Assembly: GCA_964016885.1 (NCBI GenBank)
Contig: CAXHJY010000335.1
Location: forward strand, 1 to 64,000
DNA length: 64,000 nt
From: Eledone cirrhosa
Lineage: Eukaryota
Direction: 5' to 3'
Position 1 is the stretch's first letter, and each line of letters begins with the position of its first letter. The notes under the pieces were generated by a model, which searched no databases, was not told the origin of the DNA, and was given only the letters and a program-made list of their open reading frames with translations. Of the stretch, positions 14,405 to 26,201 are shown piece after piece. Made by a program: the position numbers and the translations under genes.

Positions 14405-17377
14405 AGTTTCTTTTATTTGCCACTAGGGCATCAAAAGTGGGACAAGTACAAAGGGGGGAGTTTACACAAAAAGGCGTCCTCAATAAGGAGGAGGCAATAA
14501 CAAAATATAAAAATAAAATAAGATATAACAAAATATAAAATTTTTAACAAAATCCTCAATAGAGAGGAGGCGCCTTGGGGGGTCGCACACACCCCCGAAA
14601 AAAAGTGTGCAACCCTTTTCCTCAGGAGCACAGAGAAGGGGTGCTCCCTCGTTCCTTCCTCTTTTCCACCTACAGGCTTATGTAAAGAGAAGGCCCATTC
14701 ACACGGGCCATTCTCGCCACTTTCACCCATCTTTCATAAAAACGACTGGGGTGCAGCACCTCTCTCTCCATCCTGATCCTTCTTCCGAAATGATATCGGA
14801 AGAAACGGACCAGTTGTTGGCCAGAGAGAAAGGTGCCTGACCTCAGTCCTTTCAGACGCGTCCACCATACAACCTCTTTCGCCATGGCTATTACGCACAG
14901 AAACACCGCCTCTGCTTCATCTTTGAAGGGGGGAGGCGGCTTGATCATTACAATAGACTCGGTGGTCAACCGGATCGGTCCCACCCTTGACAGCAGTTGT
15001 TCGACATAGCCCCACAGATCGGCTACGCCCGAGCAGTGTACCAATGCGTGTGCAACGGTTTCCTCGTCGCACACGCATCTGGGACAGATCTTTTTGGCGG
15101 GGTCCCTACCCGGGCGCCCGTGTCTGTAGAGCCTTTCTCGAACGGGTAAAGCCCCTCGGTAGCACTGCCAGGCCAGGGACTTCTGGAAGTTGTCCATAGG
15201 TCCCGGGCTGAATGTCCTACCGAACAGGCTGGCCAGTTCGTCCTCCTCCATGTCTAGGGCTTCTCCGAGGGCGTCGTCGCACCTGCTGCGTACCAGCCCT
15301 CTATAGAATGTTGCGGTGGAGTCTCCACTGATAACCGGATCCGCCTGCCAGAGGGCGGTGAGCGCCTGGGCACACTCAGTGTGCCAGGCGCCCAGTTTTC
15401 TCGGTCTTTGCTTGACCCAGGATTGCAGCTCGGTGAGTGAGATGAGTCTGGGAAAGGTTCGTCTCACAAACGAGGCCCACACCGGTTGTCCGGTGAGGAA
15501 TACGTAGAGGTGCCGTAGCCTTAATGCGTGTTTACGCATCATTAGCCACGGCATCCCCAGCCCTCCTTTCGAAGGGTGTTGACAGCAGATGGATCTCCTC
15601 ACCATAGGAGCCCGCCTCTTCCAAAGGAATTGGAAGAGCGTGCGCTCCATCTTGGTGAGGGTTTCCCTTGGGCAGGGCACTACGGTCAGGCGGTAGTAGA
15701 TGACGGACGCTATATAAGTGTTCGCCACCTCCGCCCGACCTTTCAGGGATAGTTTGCAACTGGCCCACTTCTGGGTCAGTGCAAACACCCTGTTCGTAAC
15801 CTCCGCCCAGTTTTTCTCCACCTGGAGGTCCGGTCCGAACCAGACCCCGAGCAACTTCACCGGGCCCTCCGTCCAGCGTCCGACGACGCCATCAGAGGGC
15901 ATCGGTCTGCCCCTCCACGTGCCGAGTTGCAAACCGATCGACTTGTCCCGGTTCAGCTTAGCCCCTGTGAACTTTTCGTACTCCTCCAGTAAGGTGCCGA
16001 CCGCCTCGATTTCGGAGGCCGTCAACACCATTACTGTCACATCATCGGCGTAGGCTGACACCGTTTTCCGCAATCCCGGTTCCAAAGGGATGCCCTGCAA
16101 CAACTCCAACTTCCGCAGTAGTGGCTCGAGAGTCAACACATACAGAAGGGAGGAGAGAGGGCACCCTTGTCGGATGGACCGCGCGATTTTGAACGGCTCC
16201 GAGAGGTAGCCATTCACCTTGACCCTAGAGCAGATGCGGCTGCTGTGCATAGCAGTGATCCAGCCCCTGAAAACGGGTCCGAAGCCTGCCGCCGCTAGCA
16301 CCGCATCCAGGTAACCATGGTCGACCCTATCGAACGCCTTAGATTGATCCAAGTTGATCAGAGCCCCACCAAAGCCGGGTTCGTTCCCAACCCTCTCTAT
16401 GATGTATCGCATGAGGTGGAGGTTGTCATGGATGGACCTGGACGGGATAGCGCATGTCTGCGCATCTCCCACCAGGTTGCCCACGACAAGCGCCAACCTC
16501 TTTGCTAGCACCTTGGCCAAAATCTGTAACTCTGTATTTAGCAGAGTTATGGGCCTGAAGTTACTTATTTCGTCCCCCTTGTTCTCGTCCTTCCTCACTA
16601 GCGTGACTACGCCCTTGGTCACAGTACAGGGAATTCTCCCGTTCTGTTGCCAGTTGCAGTAGACCGCCTCGAGGAGATCGGGGAACAAGTCCGGCATAGC
16701 TAGATATAATTCGTAAGGAAGACCATCGAGACCCGGGGATTTGCGTTTGCTGCATTGGCCCAGCACGTCCTCTATCTCAGCGGCCGAAATCGGCTCCTCG
16801 CAAGACTTCGCCTCCCTGTCCGAGAGGCGCGGCAGGCCGTCGAGGTATGGACCGAAGTCCACGTTTCCAACCGGCTCCCCGCCCCTCCCGAACAGTCGGG
16901 CAAAGTGCCTTTGAAAGGCCTCACACATCTGCTTAGGCTCAAGAATCGCCCGTCCATCCAGGTCTCGCAAAGACCGGATGGTGGATTTAGTTCCACTGTT
17001 GGCCTCTGTCACGCGGGCCCAGCTAACAGCTTTGGCCCCCTCGTTCCCTAGAGCACGTATTTTACTTCGGACAACGCAGCCTTCGTGCTTCGCGTCGAAA
17101 AACTGGCTCAAAGCCGTTCTCGACGCTAGCACTCTGGCCACGTCGCCGCTTCTAATTGCCTCTTCTACTCTATCTATTAGCTCCCTTTCCTTCCTATTCC
17201 TATCCGCAGCTAGAACCTTACTAAATTCAATCGAGACTACTCTAATCTCTCTCTTTAGAGATACCCACCACCTGCTGTTGACGATCGCTCCAGTCAACCG
17301 TTCCTTAACTAACGTACTAATCCGATTCCTGTAGGCTCTACTTGCCGGCAAGGACAAGTTGAGCTTCCAGTAACCGG
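14405..17377 (-). mobile_element. Tx1/L1-clade LINE copy 2 (5'-truncated, open RT ORF 14670-17357)
   Basis: RT motifs KSPGLDG, DQSKAFDRV, RQGCPLS, YADD; CCHC knuckle; GATAGATA on both sides. Confidence 0.93.
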
Positions 17378-17608
17378 ATAGATAGACAGGCTGTTAGGTA
17401 GACAGGCTGTTAGGTAGACAGGCTGTTAGGTAGACAGGCTGATAGGTAGACAGGCTGATAGATAGACAGGCTGATAGATAGACAGGCTGTTAGGTAGACA
17501 GGCTGATAGGTAGACAGGCTGTTAGGTAGACAGGCTGATAGGTAGACAGGCTGATAGGTAGACAGGCTGTTAGGTAGACAGGCTGTTAGGTAGACAGGCT
17601 GATAGATA

Positions 17609-20600
17609 TATTTCTTTTATTTGCCACTAGGGCATCAAAAGTGGGACAAGTACAAAGGGGGGAGTTTACATAACAAGGGGTCCTCAATAAGGAGGAGGCA
17701 ATAACAAAATATAAAAATAAAATAAGATATAACAAAAAATAAAATTTTTAACAAAATCCTCAATAGAGAGGAGGCGCCTTGGGGGGTCGCACACACCCCC
17801 GAAAAAAGTGTGCAACCCTACTCCTCAGGAGCACAGAGAAGGGGTGCTCCCTTGGTCTTTCATCTTCCTCACCTATAGTCTGATGTAGAGTGAAGGCCCA
17901 TTCACACGGGCCATTCTCGCCACTTTCACCCATCTTTCATAAAAACGGCTGGGGTGCAGCACCTCTCTCTCCATCCTGATCCTTCTTCCGAAATGATATC
18001 GGAAGAAACGGACCAGTTGTTGGCCAGAGAGAAAGGTGCCCGACCTCAGTCCTTTCAGACGCGTCCACCATACAACCTCTTTCGCCATGGCTATTACGCA
18101 CAGAAACACCGCCTCTGCTTCATCTTTGAAGGGGGGAGGCGGCTTGATCATTACAATAGACTCGGTGGTCAACCGGATCGGTCCCACCCTTGACAGCAGT
18201 TGTTCGACATAGCCCCACAGATCGGCTACGCCCGAGCAGTGTACCAATGCGTGTGCAACGGTTTCCTCGTCGCACACGCATCTGGGACAGATCTTTTTGG
18301 CGGGGTCCCTACCCGGGCGCCCGTGTCTGTAGAGCCTTTCTCGAACGGGTAAAGCCCCTCGGTAGCACTGCCAGGCCAGGGACTTCTGGAAGTTGTCCAT
18401 AGGTCCCGGGCTGAATGTCCTACCGAACAGGCTGGCCAGTTCGTCCTCCTCCATGTCTAGGGCTTCTCCGAGGGCGTCGTCGCACCTGCTGCGTACCAGC
18501 CCTCTATAGAATGTTGCGGTGGAGTCTCCACTGATAACCGGATCCGCCTGCCAGAGGGCGGTGAGCGCCTGGGCACACTCAGTGTGCCAGGCGCCCAGTT
18601 TTCTCGGTCTTTGCTTGACCCAGGATTGCAGCTCGGTGAGTGAGACGAGTCTGGGAAAGGTTCGTCTCACAAACGAGGCCCACACCGGTTGTCCGGTGAA
18701 GAATACGTAGAGGTGCCGTAGCCTTAATGCGTGTTTACGCATCATTAGCCACGGCATCCCCAGCCCTCCTTTCGAAGGGTGTTGACAGCAGATGGATCTC
18801 CTCACCATAGGAGCCCGCCTCTTCCAAAGGAATTGGAAGAGCGCGCGCTCCATCTTGGTGAGGGTTTCCCTTGGGCAGGGCACTACGGTCAGGCGGTAGT
18901 AGATGACGGACGCTATGTAGGTGTTCGCCACCTCCGCCCGACCTTTCAGGGATAGTTTGCAACTGGCCCACTTCTGGGTCAGTGCAAACACCCTGTTCGT
19001 AACCTCCGCCCAGTTTTTCTCCACCTGGAGGTCCGGTCCGAACCAGACCCCGAGCAACTTCACCGGGCCCTCCGTCCAGCGTCCGACGACGCCATCGGAG
19101 GGCATCGGTCTGCCCCTCCACGTGCCGAGTTGCAAACCGATCGACTTGTCCCGGTTCAGCTTAGCCCCTGTGAACTTTTCGTACTCCTCCAGTAAGGTGC
19201 CGACCGCCTCGATTTCGGAGGCCGTCGACACCATTATTGTCACGTCATCGGCGTAGGCCGACACCGCTTTCCGCAATCCCGGTTCCAAAGGGATGCCCTG
19301 CAACAACTCCAACTTCCGCAGTAGTGGCTCGAGAGTCAACACATACAGAAGGGAGGAGAGAGGGCACCCTTGTCGGATGGACCGCGCGATTTTGGACGGC
19401 TCCGAGAGGTAGCCGTTCACCTTGACCCTAGAGCAGATGCGGCTGCTGTGCATAGCAGTGATCCAGCCCCTGAAAACGGGTCCGAAGCCTGCCGCCGCTA
19501 GCACCGCATCCAGGTAACCATGGTCGACCCTATCGAACGCCTTAGATTGATCCAAGTTGATCAGAGCCCCACCAAAGCCGGGTTCGTTCCCAACCCTCTC
19601 TATGATGTATCGCATGAGGTGGAGGTTGTCATGGATGGACCTGGACGGGATAGCGCATGTCTGCGCATCTCCCACCAGGTTGCCCACGACAAGCGCCAAC
19701 CTCTTTGCTAGCACCTTGGCCAAAATCTGTAACTCTGTATTTAGCAGTGTTATGGGCCTGAAGTTACTTATTTCGTCCCCCTTGTTCTCGTCCTTCCTCA
19801 CTAGCGTGACTACGCCCTTGGTCACAGTACAGGGAATTCTCCCGTTCTGTTGCCAGTTGCAGTAGACCGCCTCGAGGAGATCGGGGAACAAGTCCGGCAT
19901 AGCTAGATATAATTCGTAAGGAAGACCATCGAGACCCGGGGATTTGCGTTTGCCGCATTGGCTCAGCACGTCCTCTATCTCAGCGGCCGAAATCGGCTCC
20001 TCGCAGGACTTCGCCTCCCTGTCCGAGAGGCGCGGCAGGCCGTCGAGGTATGGACCGAAGTCCACGTTCTTAACCGGCTCCCCGCCCCTCCCGAACAGTC
20101 GGGCAAAGTGCCTTTGAAAGGCCTCACACATCTGCTTAGGCTCAAGAATCGCCCGTCCATCCAGGTCTCGCAAAGACCGGATGGTGGATTTAGTTCCACT
20201 GTTGGCCTCTGTCACGCGGGCCCAGCTAACAGCTTTGGTCCCCTCGTTCCCTAGAGCACGTATTTTACTTCGGACAACGCAGCCTTCGTGCTTCGCGTCG
20301 AAAAACTGGCTCAAAGCCGTTCTCGACGCTAGCACTCTGGCCACGTCGCCGCTTCTAATTGCCTCTTCTACTCTATCTATTAGCTCCCTTTCCTTCCTAT
20401 TCCTATCCGCAGCTAGAACCTTACTAAATTCTATCGAGACTACTCTAATCTCTCTCTTTAGAGATACCCACCACCTGCTGTTGACGATCGCTCCAGTCAA
20501 CCGTTCCTTAACTAACGTACTAATCCGATTCCTGTAGGCTCTACTTGCCGGCAAGGACAAGTTGAGCTTCCAGTAACCGGGGCCCTGTCTATGAGTTCTG

Positions 20601-21505
20601 TCAAGGTTGACCATGCAGGTCACTAATTTGTGGTCTGAATAGCCAACAATGCGCATTTTTGGACAACTTAAAAAGTCCTTATCCTTAATTCTAACTAAGA
20701 ACCTATCTAGGTACGACCTAGATGATCCGCTACGATTTGCCCAAGTCCAGGTTGGCGCAGTCGGAAAATCTAGTCGATATCTATCGGCCAGGTCAAATCG
20801 ACCGATTAACCCTTTGAGGCTATTACACCCCTCTCTATCGGGGCAGGCCCCTACGTAGTCCCAGCGTGCATCTAGGATACCATTCCAGTCCCCCACTAAT
20901 AGCAAGGAGCGGGACGTCCCTAGAAAAGTCTCCAGACGATGGAAGAAGTCCGGCCGCATTGACCCGAAAGGGCCGTAGGCGGCTACCAACCTAAACGCTC
21001 CGCCTTTACCACTGCCAAGGTCCAGAACCACTAGTCGACCCTCCGGGTCCAAATGTACCATCTGTGTTGCGAGACCCAGATGTTTTTGCAGCAGAACGAC
21101 AACTCCACCCCCACCTCCGGGCTGACAGAGAGATGCGTGCATCTCAAAGTCATCAAAGGTGGGGGCCAGCTGTCGCACGTTGCTGATCTGGGCCTCGCAA
21201 ATAACCATCACATCTATACGTTGTGACCTGAGGTCATTTAGAAGCATTGCTTGCTTCCAAGTTGAGCCCAGGCCACGCGCATTTAAACAGCCTACTCTTA
21301 GCATAGCCATGTTGGTGGTGAAGAGAAAAGGCACTTACCTCTCTGCGTCCCGGGTATCGGGCTGCACAATTTCCATTAGGGTGGGGGATGGGTTGTTGGG
21401 TGGGGTGGTGGTTTGTGGAAGTGTGGGGGCATCAGTGTGTTGTGTGGTTGGGGAGCTTGGAGTTGTGTGGGTGTTTGGGGAGGGGGTGGGATAGTTTTTT
21501 AGGAG
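17609..21505 (-). mobile_element. Tx1/L1-clade LINE copy 3 (complete ORF2 plus ORF1 tail)
   Basis: Uninterrupted ORF2; Pro/Thr-rich ORF1 end ..QPDTRDAER*; AGGCTGATAGATA on both sides. Confidence 0.95.
17873..21310 (-). CDS. Tx1-like ORF2: APE endonuclease, reverse transcriptase, CCHC knuckle
   Basis: RVGCLNARGL, GDWN, SYLDRF, SDH (APE); YADD (RT); CPRC..ETVAHALVHC. First ATG at 21310; frame is open from 21334. Confidence 0.93.
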   Translation of the reverse strand: MAMLRVGCLNARGLGSTWKQAMLLNDLRSQRIDVMVICEAQISNVRQLAPTFDDFEMHASLCQPGGGGGVVVLLQKHLGLATQMVHLDPEGRLVVLDLGSGKGGAFRLVAAYGPFGSMRPDFFHRLETFLGTSRSLLLVGDWNGILDARWDYVGACPDREGCNSLKGLIGRFDLADRYRLDFPTAPTWTWANRSGSSRSYLDRFLVRIKDKDFLSCPKMRIVGYSDHKLVTCMVNLDRTHRQGPGYWKLNLSLPASRAYRNRISTLVKERLTGAIVNSRWWVSLKREIRVVSIEFSKVLAADRNRKERELIDRVEEAIRSGDVARVLASRTALSQFFDAKHEGCVVRSKIRALGNEGTKAVSWARVTEANSGTKSTIRSLRDLDGRAILEPKQMCEAFQRHFARLFGRGGEPVKNVDFGPYLDGLPRLSDREAKSCEEPISAAEIEDVLSQCGKRKSPGLDGLPYELYLAMPDLFPDLLEAVYCNWQQNGRIPCTVTKGVVTLVRKDENKGDEISNFRPITLLNTELQILAKVLAKRLALVVGNLVGDAQTCAIPSRSIHDNLHLMRYIIERVGNEPGFGGALINLDQSKAFDRVDHGYLDAVLAAAGFGPVFRGWITAMHSSRICSRVKVNGYLSEPSKIARSIRQGCPLSSLLYVLTLEPLLRKLELLQGIPLEPGLRKAVSAYADDVTIMVSTASEIEAVGTLLEEYEKFTGAKLNRDKSIGLQLGTWRGRPMPSDGVVGRWTEGPVKLLGVWFGPDLQVEKNWAEVTNRVFALTQKWASCKLSLKGRAEVANTYIASVIYYRLTVVPCPRETLTKMERALFQFLWKRRAPMVRRSICCQHPSKGGLGMPWLMMRKHALRLRHLYVFFTGQPVWASFVRRTFPRLVSLTELQSWVKQRPRKLGAWHTECAQALTALWQADPVISGDSTATFYRGLVRSRCDDALGEALDMEEDELASLFGRTFSPGPMDNFQKSLAWQCYRGALPVRERLYRHGRPGRDPAKKICPRCVCDEETVAHALVHCSGVADLWGYVEQLLSRVGPIRLTTESIVMIKPPPPFKDEAEAVFLCVIAMAKEVVWWTRLKGLRSGTFLSGQQLVRFFRYHFGRRIRMEREVLHPSRFYERWVKVARMARVNGPSLYIRL

Positions 21506-22318
21506 AGGCTGATAGATAGACAGGCTGATAGATAGACAGGCTGTTAGGTAGACAGGCTGTTAGGTAGACAGGCTGATAGGTAGACAGGCTGATAGGTAGA
21601 CAGGCTGATAGGTAGACAGGCTGATAGGTAGACAGGCTGATAGATAGACAGGCTGTTAGGTAGACAGGTTGTTAGGTAGACAGGCTGATAGGTAGACAGG
21701 CTGTTAGGTAGACAGGCTGTTAGGTAGACAGGCTGTTAGGTAGACAGGCTGATAGATAGACAGGCTGTTAGGTAGACAGGTTGTTAGGTAGACAGGCTGA
21801 TAGGTAGACAGGCTGTTAGATAGACAGGCTGATAGGTAGACAGGCTGTTAGGTAGACAGGCTGTTAGGTAGACAGGCTGTTAGGTAGACAGGTTGTTAGG
21901 TAGACAGGCTGATAGATAGACAGGCTGTTAGGTAGACAGGCTGTTAGGTAGACAGGCTGTTAGGTAGACAGGCTGTTAGGTAGACAGGCTGTTAGGTAGA
22001 CAGGCTGTTAGGTAGACAGGCTGATAGGTAGACAGGCTGATAGATAGACAGCCTGTTAGGTAGACAGGCTGATAGATAGACAGGCTGTTAGGTAGACAGG
22101 CTGTTAGGTAGACAGGCTGTTAGGTAGACAGGCTGTTAGGTAGACAGGCTGATAGGTAGACAGGCTGTTAGGTCGACAGGCTGTTAGGTAGACAGGCTGT
22201 TAGGTAGACAGGCTGTTAGGTAGACAGGCTGTTAGGTAGACAGGCTGTTAGGTAGACAGGCTGTTAGGTAGACAGGCTGTTAGGTAGACAGGCTGATAGG
22301 TAGACAGGCTGATAGATA

Positions 22319-25300
22319 ATTTTCTTTTTATTTGCCACTAGGGCATCAAAAGTGGGACAAGTACAAAGGGGGGAGTTTACATAACAAGGGGTCCTCAATA
22401 TGGAGGAGGCAATAACAAAATATAAAAATAAAATAAAATATAACAAGATAAAATTTATAACAAAATCCTCAATAGAGAGGAAGCGCCTTGGGGGGTCGCA
22501 CACACTCCCGAAAAAAAGTGTGCAACCCTTCTCCTCAGGAGCACAGAGAAGGGGTGCTCCCTTGGTCTTTCATCTTCCTCACCTATAGTCTGATGTAGAG
22601 TGAAGGCCCATTCACACTGGCCATTCTCGCCACTTTCACCCATCTTTCATAAAAACGGCTGGGGTGCAGCACCTCTCTCTCCATCCTGATCTTTCTTCCA
22701 AAATGATATCGGAAGAAACGGACCAGTTGTTGGCCAGAGAGGAAGGTGTCTGACCTCAGTCCTTTCAGAAGCGTCCACCATACAACCTCTTTCGCCATGG
22801 CTATTACGCACAGAAACACCGCCTTTCCTTCGTTTTTGAAGAGGGGAGGCGGCTTGATCGTTACAATAGACTCGGTGGTCAACTGGATCGGTCCCACCCT
22901 TGACAGCAGTTGTTCGACATAGCCCCACAGATCGGCAATGCCCGAGCAGTGTACCAATGCGTGTGCAATGGTTTCCTCGTCGCACACGCATCTGGGACAG
23001 ATCTTTTTCGAGGGGTCCCTACCTGGGCGCCCGTGTCTGTAGAGCTTTTCTCGAACGGGCAGAGCCCTTCTGTAGCACTGCCAGGCCAGGGACCTCTGGA
23101 AGTTATCCATGGGTCCCGGGCTGAATGTCCTACCGAACAGGTTGGCCAGTTCATCTTCCTCCATGCCTAGGGCTTCTCCGAGGGCGTCGTCGCACCTGCT
23201 AACTACCAGCCCTCTATAGAATGACGAGGTGGATTCTCCACTAACAGCCGGGTCCGCCTGCCAGAGAGCAGTGAGCGCCTGGGCACACTCAGTGTGCCAG
23301 GCGCCCAGTTTTCTCGGTCTTTGCGTGACCCAGGATTGCAGCTCGGTGAGTGAGACGAGTCTGGGAAAGGCTCGCCTCACAAACGGGGCCCACACCGGTT
23401 GACCGGAGAGGAATACCTGGAGGTACCGTAGCCTTAATGCGTGTTTACGTATCATTAGCCACGGCATCCCCAGCCCTCCTTTCGAAGGGTGTTGACAGCA
23501 GATGGATCTCCTCACCATAGGAGCCCGCTTCTTCCAAAGGAATTGGAAGAGTGCGCGCTCCATTTTGGCGAGCGTTTCCCTTGGGCAAAGCACAACGGTC
23601 AGGCGGTAGTAGATGACGGGCGCTATATAAGTGTTTTCCACCTCCGCCCGACCTTTCAGGGACAGTTTGCACTCGGCCCACTTCTGGGTCAGTGCAAACA
23701 CCCTGTTCGTTACCTCACCTCAGTTCTTCTCCACCTGGAGGTCTGGTCCGAACCAGACTCCGAGCAACTTCACCGGGCCCTCCGTCCAGCGCCCGACGAC
23801 GCCATCGGAGGGCATCGATCTGCCCCTCCACGTGCCGAGTTGCAGACCGATCGACTTGTCCTGGTTCAGCTTAGCCCCTGTAAACCTTTTGTACTCCTCC
23901 AGTAAGGTGCCGATGCTCCCGATTTCCGAGGCCGTCGACACCATTAGTGTTACGTCATTGGCGTAGGCCGACACCGCTTTCCGCAATCTCGGTTCCAACA
24001 GGATGCCCTGCAACAACTCCAACTTCCGCAGCAGTGGCTCTAGAGTCATTACATACAGAAGGGAGGAGAGAGGGCACCCCTGTTGGATGGACCGCGCGAT
24101 TTCGAACGGCTCCGAGAGGTAGCCGTTGTCCTTGACCCTAGAGCAGATGCGGCTGCTGTGCATGGCATTGATCCAGCCCCTGAAAACGGGTCCGAAGCCT
24201 GCCGCCGTTAGCACCGCATCCAGGTAACCATGGTCGACCCTATCGAACGCCTTAGATTGATCCAAGTTGATCAGGGCCCCACCAAAGCCGGGTTTGTTCC
24301 CAACCCTCTCTATGATGTATCGCATGAGGTGGAGGTTGTCGTGGATGGACCTGGACGGGATAGCACATGTGTGCGCATCTCCCACCAGGTTGCCCATGAC
24401 AAGCACCAACCTCTTTGCTAGCACCTTGGCCAAAATCTGTAACTCTGTATTTAGCAGAGTTATGGGCCTGAAATTATTTATATCGTCCCTCTTGTTCTCG
24501 TCCTTCCTCACTAGCGTGACTACGCCCTTGGTCACAGCACAGGGAATTCTCCCGTTCTGTTGCCATTTGCAGTAGACCGCCTTGAGGAGATCGGGGAACA
24601 AGTCCGGCATAGCTAGATATAGTTCGTATGGAAGACCATCGAGACCCGGGGATTTGCGTTTGCCGCATTGGCTCAGCACATCCTCTATCTCCGCGGCTGA
24701 AATTGGCTCCTCGCAGGACTTCGCCTCCCTGTCCGAGAGACGCGGCAGGCCGTCGAGGTATGGACCGAAGTCCACATCCCCAACCGGCTCCCCGCCCTTT
24801 CCGAACAATCGGGCAAAGTGCTTTTGAAAGGCCTCACACATCTGCTTAGGTTCAAGGATCGCCCGTCCATCCTGGTCTCGCAAAGATGGTGGATTTAGTT
24901 CCACTCTTGGCTCTGTCACGCGGGCCCAGCTAAGAGCTTTGGTCCCCTCGTTTCCCAGAGCACGTATTTTGCTTCGGATGATGCAGCCTTCGTGTTTCGT
25001 GTCGAAGAACTGGCCCAGGGCCGTTCTCGACGCTAGCACTCTGGCCACGTCGCCGCTTCTAATTGCCTCTTCTACACTATCTACCAACTCCCTTTCCTTC
25101 TCATTTCTAGTTGAGGCTAACTCCTTACTAAATTCTATAGAGACTACTCTAATCTCTCTTTTGAGAGATCCCCACCACCTGCTGTTGACGATGGCGCCCG
25201 TCAACCGCTCCTTAACTAAAGTGCTAATCCGGTCCCTGTAAGCCTTACTTGCCGGTAAGGACAAGTTGAGCTTCCAGTAACCGGGTCCCCGTCTATGTGT

Positions 25301-26201
25301 TCTGTCAAGGTTGACCATGCAGGTCACTAACTTGTGGTCTGAATAGCCAACCATGCGCATTTTTGGACAACTTAAAAAGTCCTTATCCTTAATTCTAACT
25401 AAGAACCTATCTAGGTACGACCTAGATGATCCGCTACGATTTGCCCAAGTCCAGGTTGGCACAGTCGGAAAATCTAGTCGATATCTATCGGCCAGGTCAA
25501 ATCGATCGATTAACCCTTTGAGGCTATTACACCCCTCTCTATCGGGACAGGCCCCTACGTAGTCCCAGCGTGCATCTAGGATACCATTCCAGTCCCCCAC
25601 TAATAGCAAGGAGCGGGACGTCCCTAGAAAAGTCTCCAGACGATGGAAGAAGTCCGGCCGCTTTGACCCGAAAGGGCCGTAGACGGCTACCAACCTAAAC
25701 GCTCCGCCTTCACCACTGCCAAGGTCCAGAACCACTAGTTGACCCTCCGGGTCCAAATGTACCATCTGTGTTGCGAGACCCAGATGTTTTTGCAGCAGAA
25801 CGACAACCTCACCCCCACCTCCGGGCTGACAGAGAGATGCGTGCATCTCAAAGTCATCAAAGGTGGGGGCCAGCTGTCGCATGTTGTTGATCCGGGCCTT
25901 GCAAATAACCATCACATCTATACATTGTGACCTGAGGTCATTTAGAAGCATTGCTTGCTTCCAAGTTGAGCCCAGGCCACGTGCATTTAAACAGCCTACT
26001 CTTAGCATTGCCATGTTGGTGGTGAAGAGAAAAGGCACTTACCTCTCTGCGTCCTGGGTATCGGGCTGCACAATTTCCATGAGGGTGGGAGATGGGTTGT
26101 TGGGTGGGGATGACTTGGGTGGGGGTGCCTGTGGTGGGGAGGCCTTTGTAGAGGACGCGGTTGATTGGTTTCACGCAGGAATTCCCCACGTCCTCTACAA
26201 A
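22319..26201 (-). mobile_element. Tx1/L1-clade LINE copy 4 (decayed)
   Basis: Same ORF2 but with a stop at ~23720, YADD changed to YAND, and a compensated frameshift near 24890. Confidence 0.92.

Larger units (their letters stand above)
11925..22318. repeat. 16-bp minisatellite G(T/A)TAG(G/A)TAGACAGGCT in four blocks (~11925-13160, 13717-14404, 17378-17608, 21506-22318)
   Basis: Direct tandem repeats of gttaggtagacaggct with gataggta and gatagata variants. Confidence 0.97.

Noticed and set aside
14987-25930. Many short plus-strand ORFs over the Tx1 copies
   Set aside because: Antisense shadows of a GC-rich ORF, repeated only because the element is repeated
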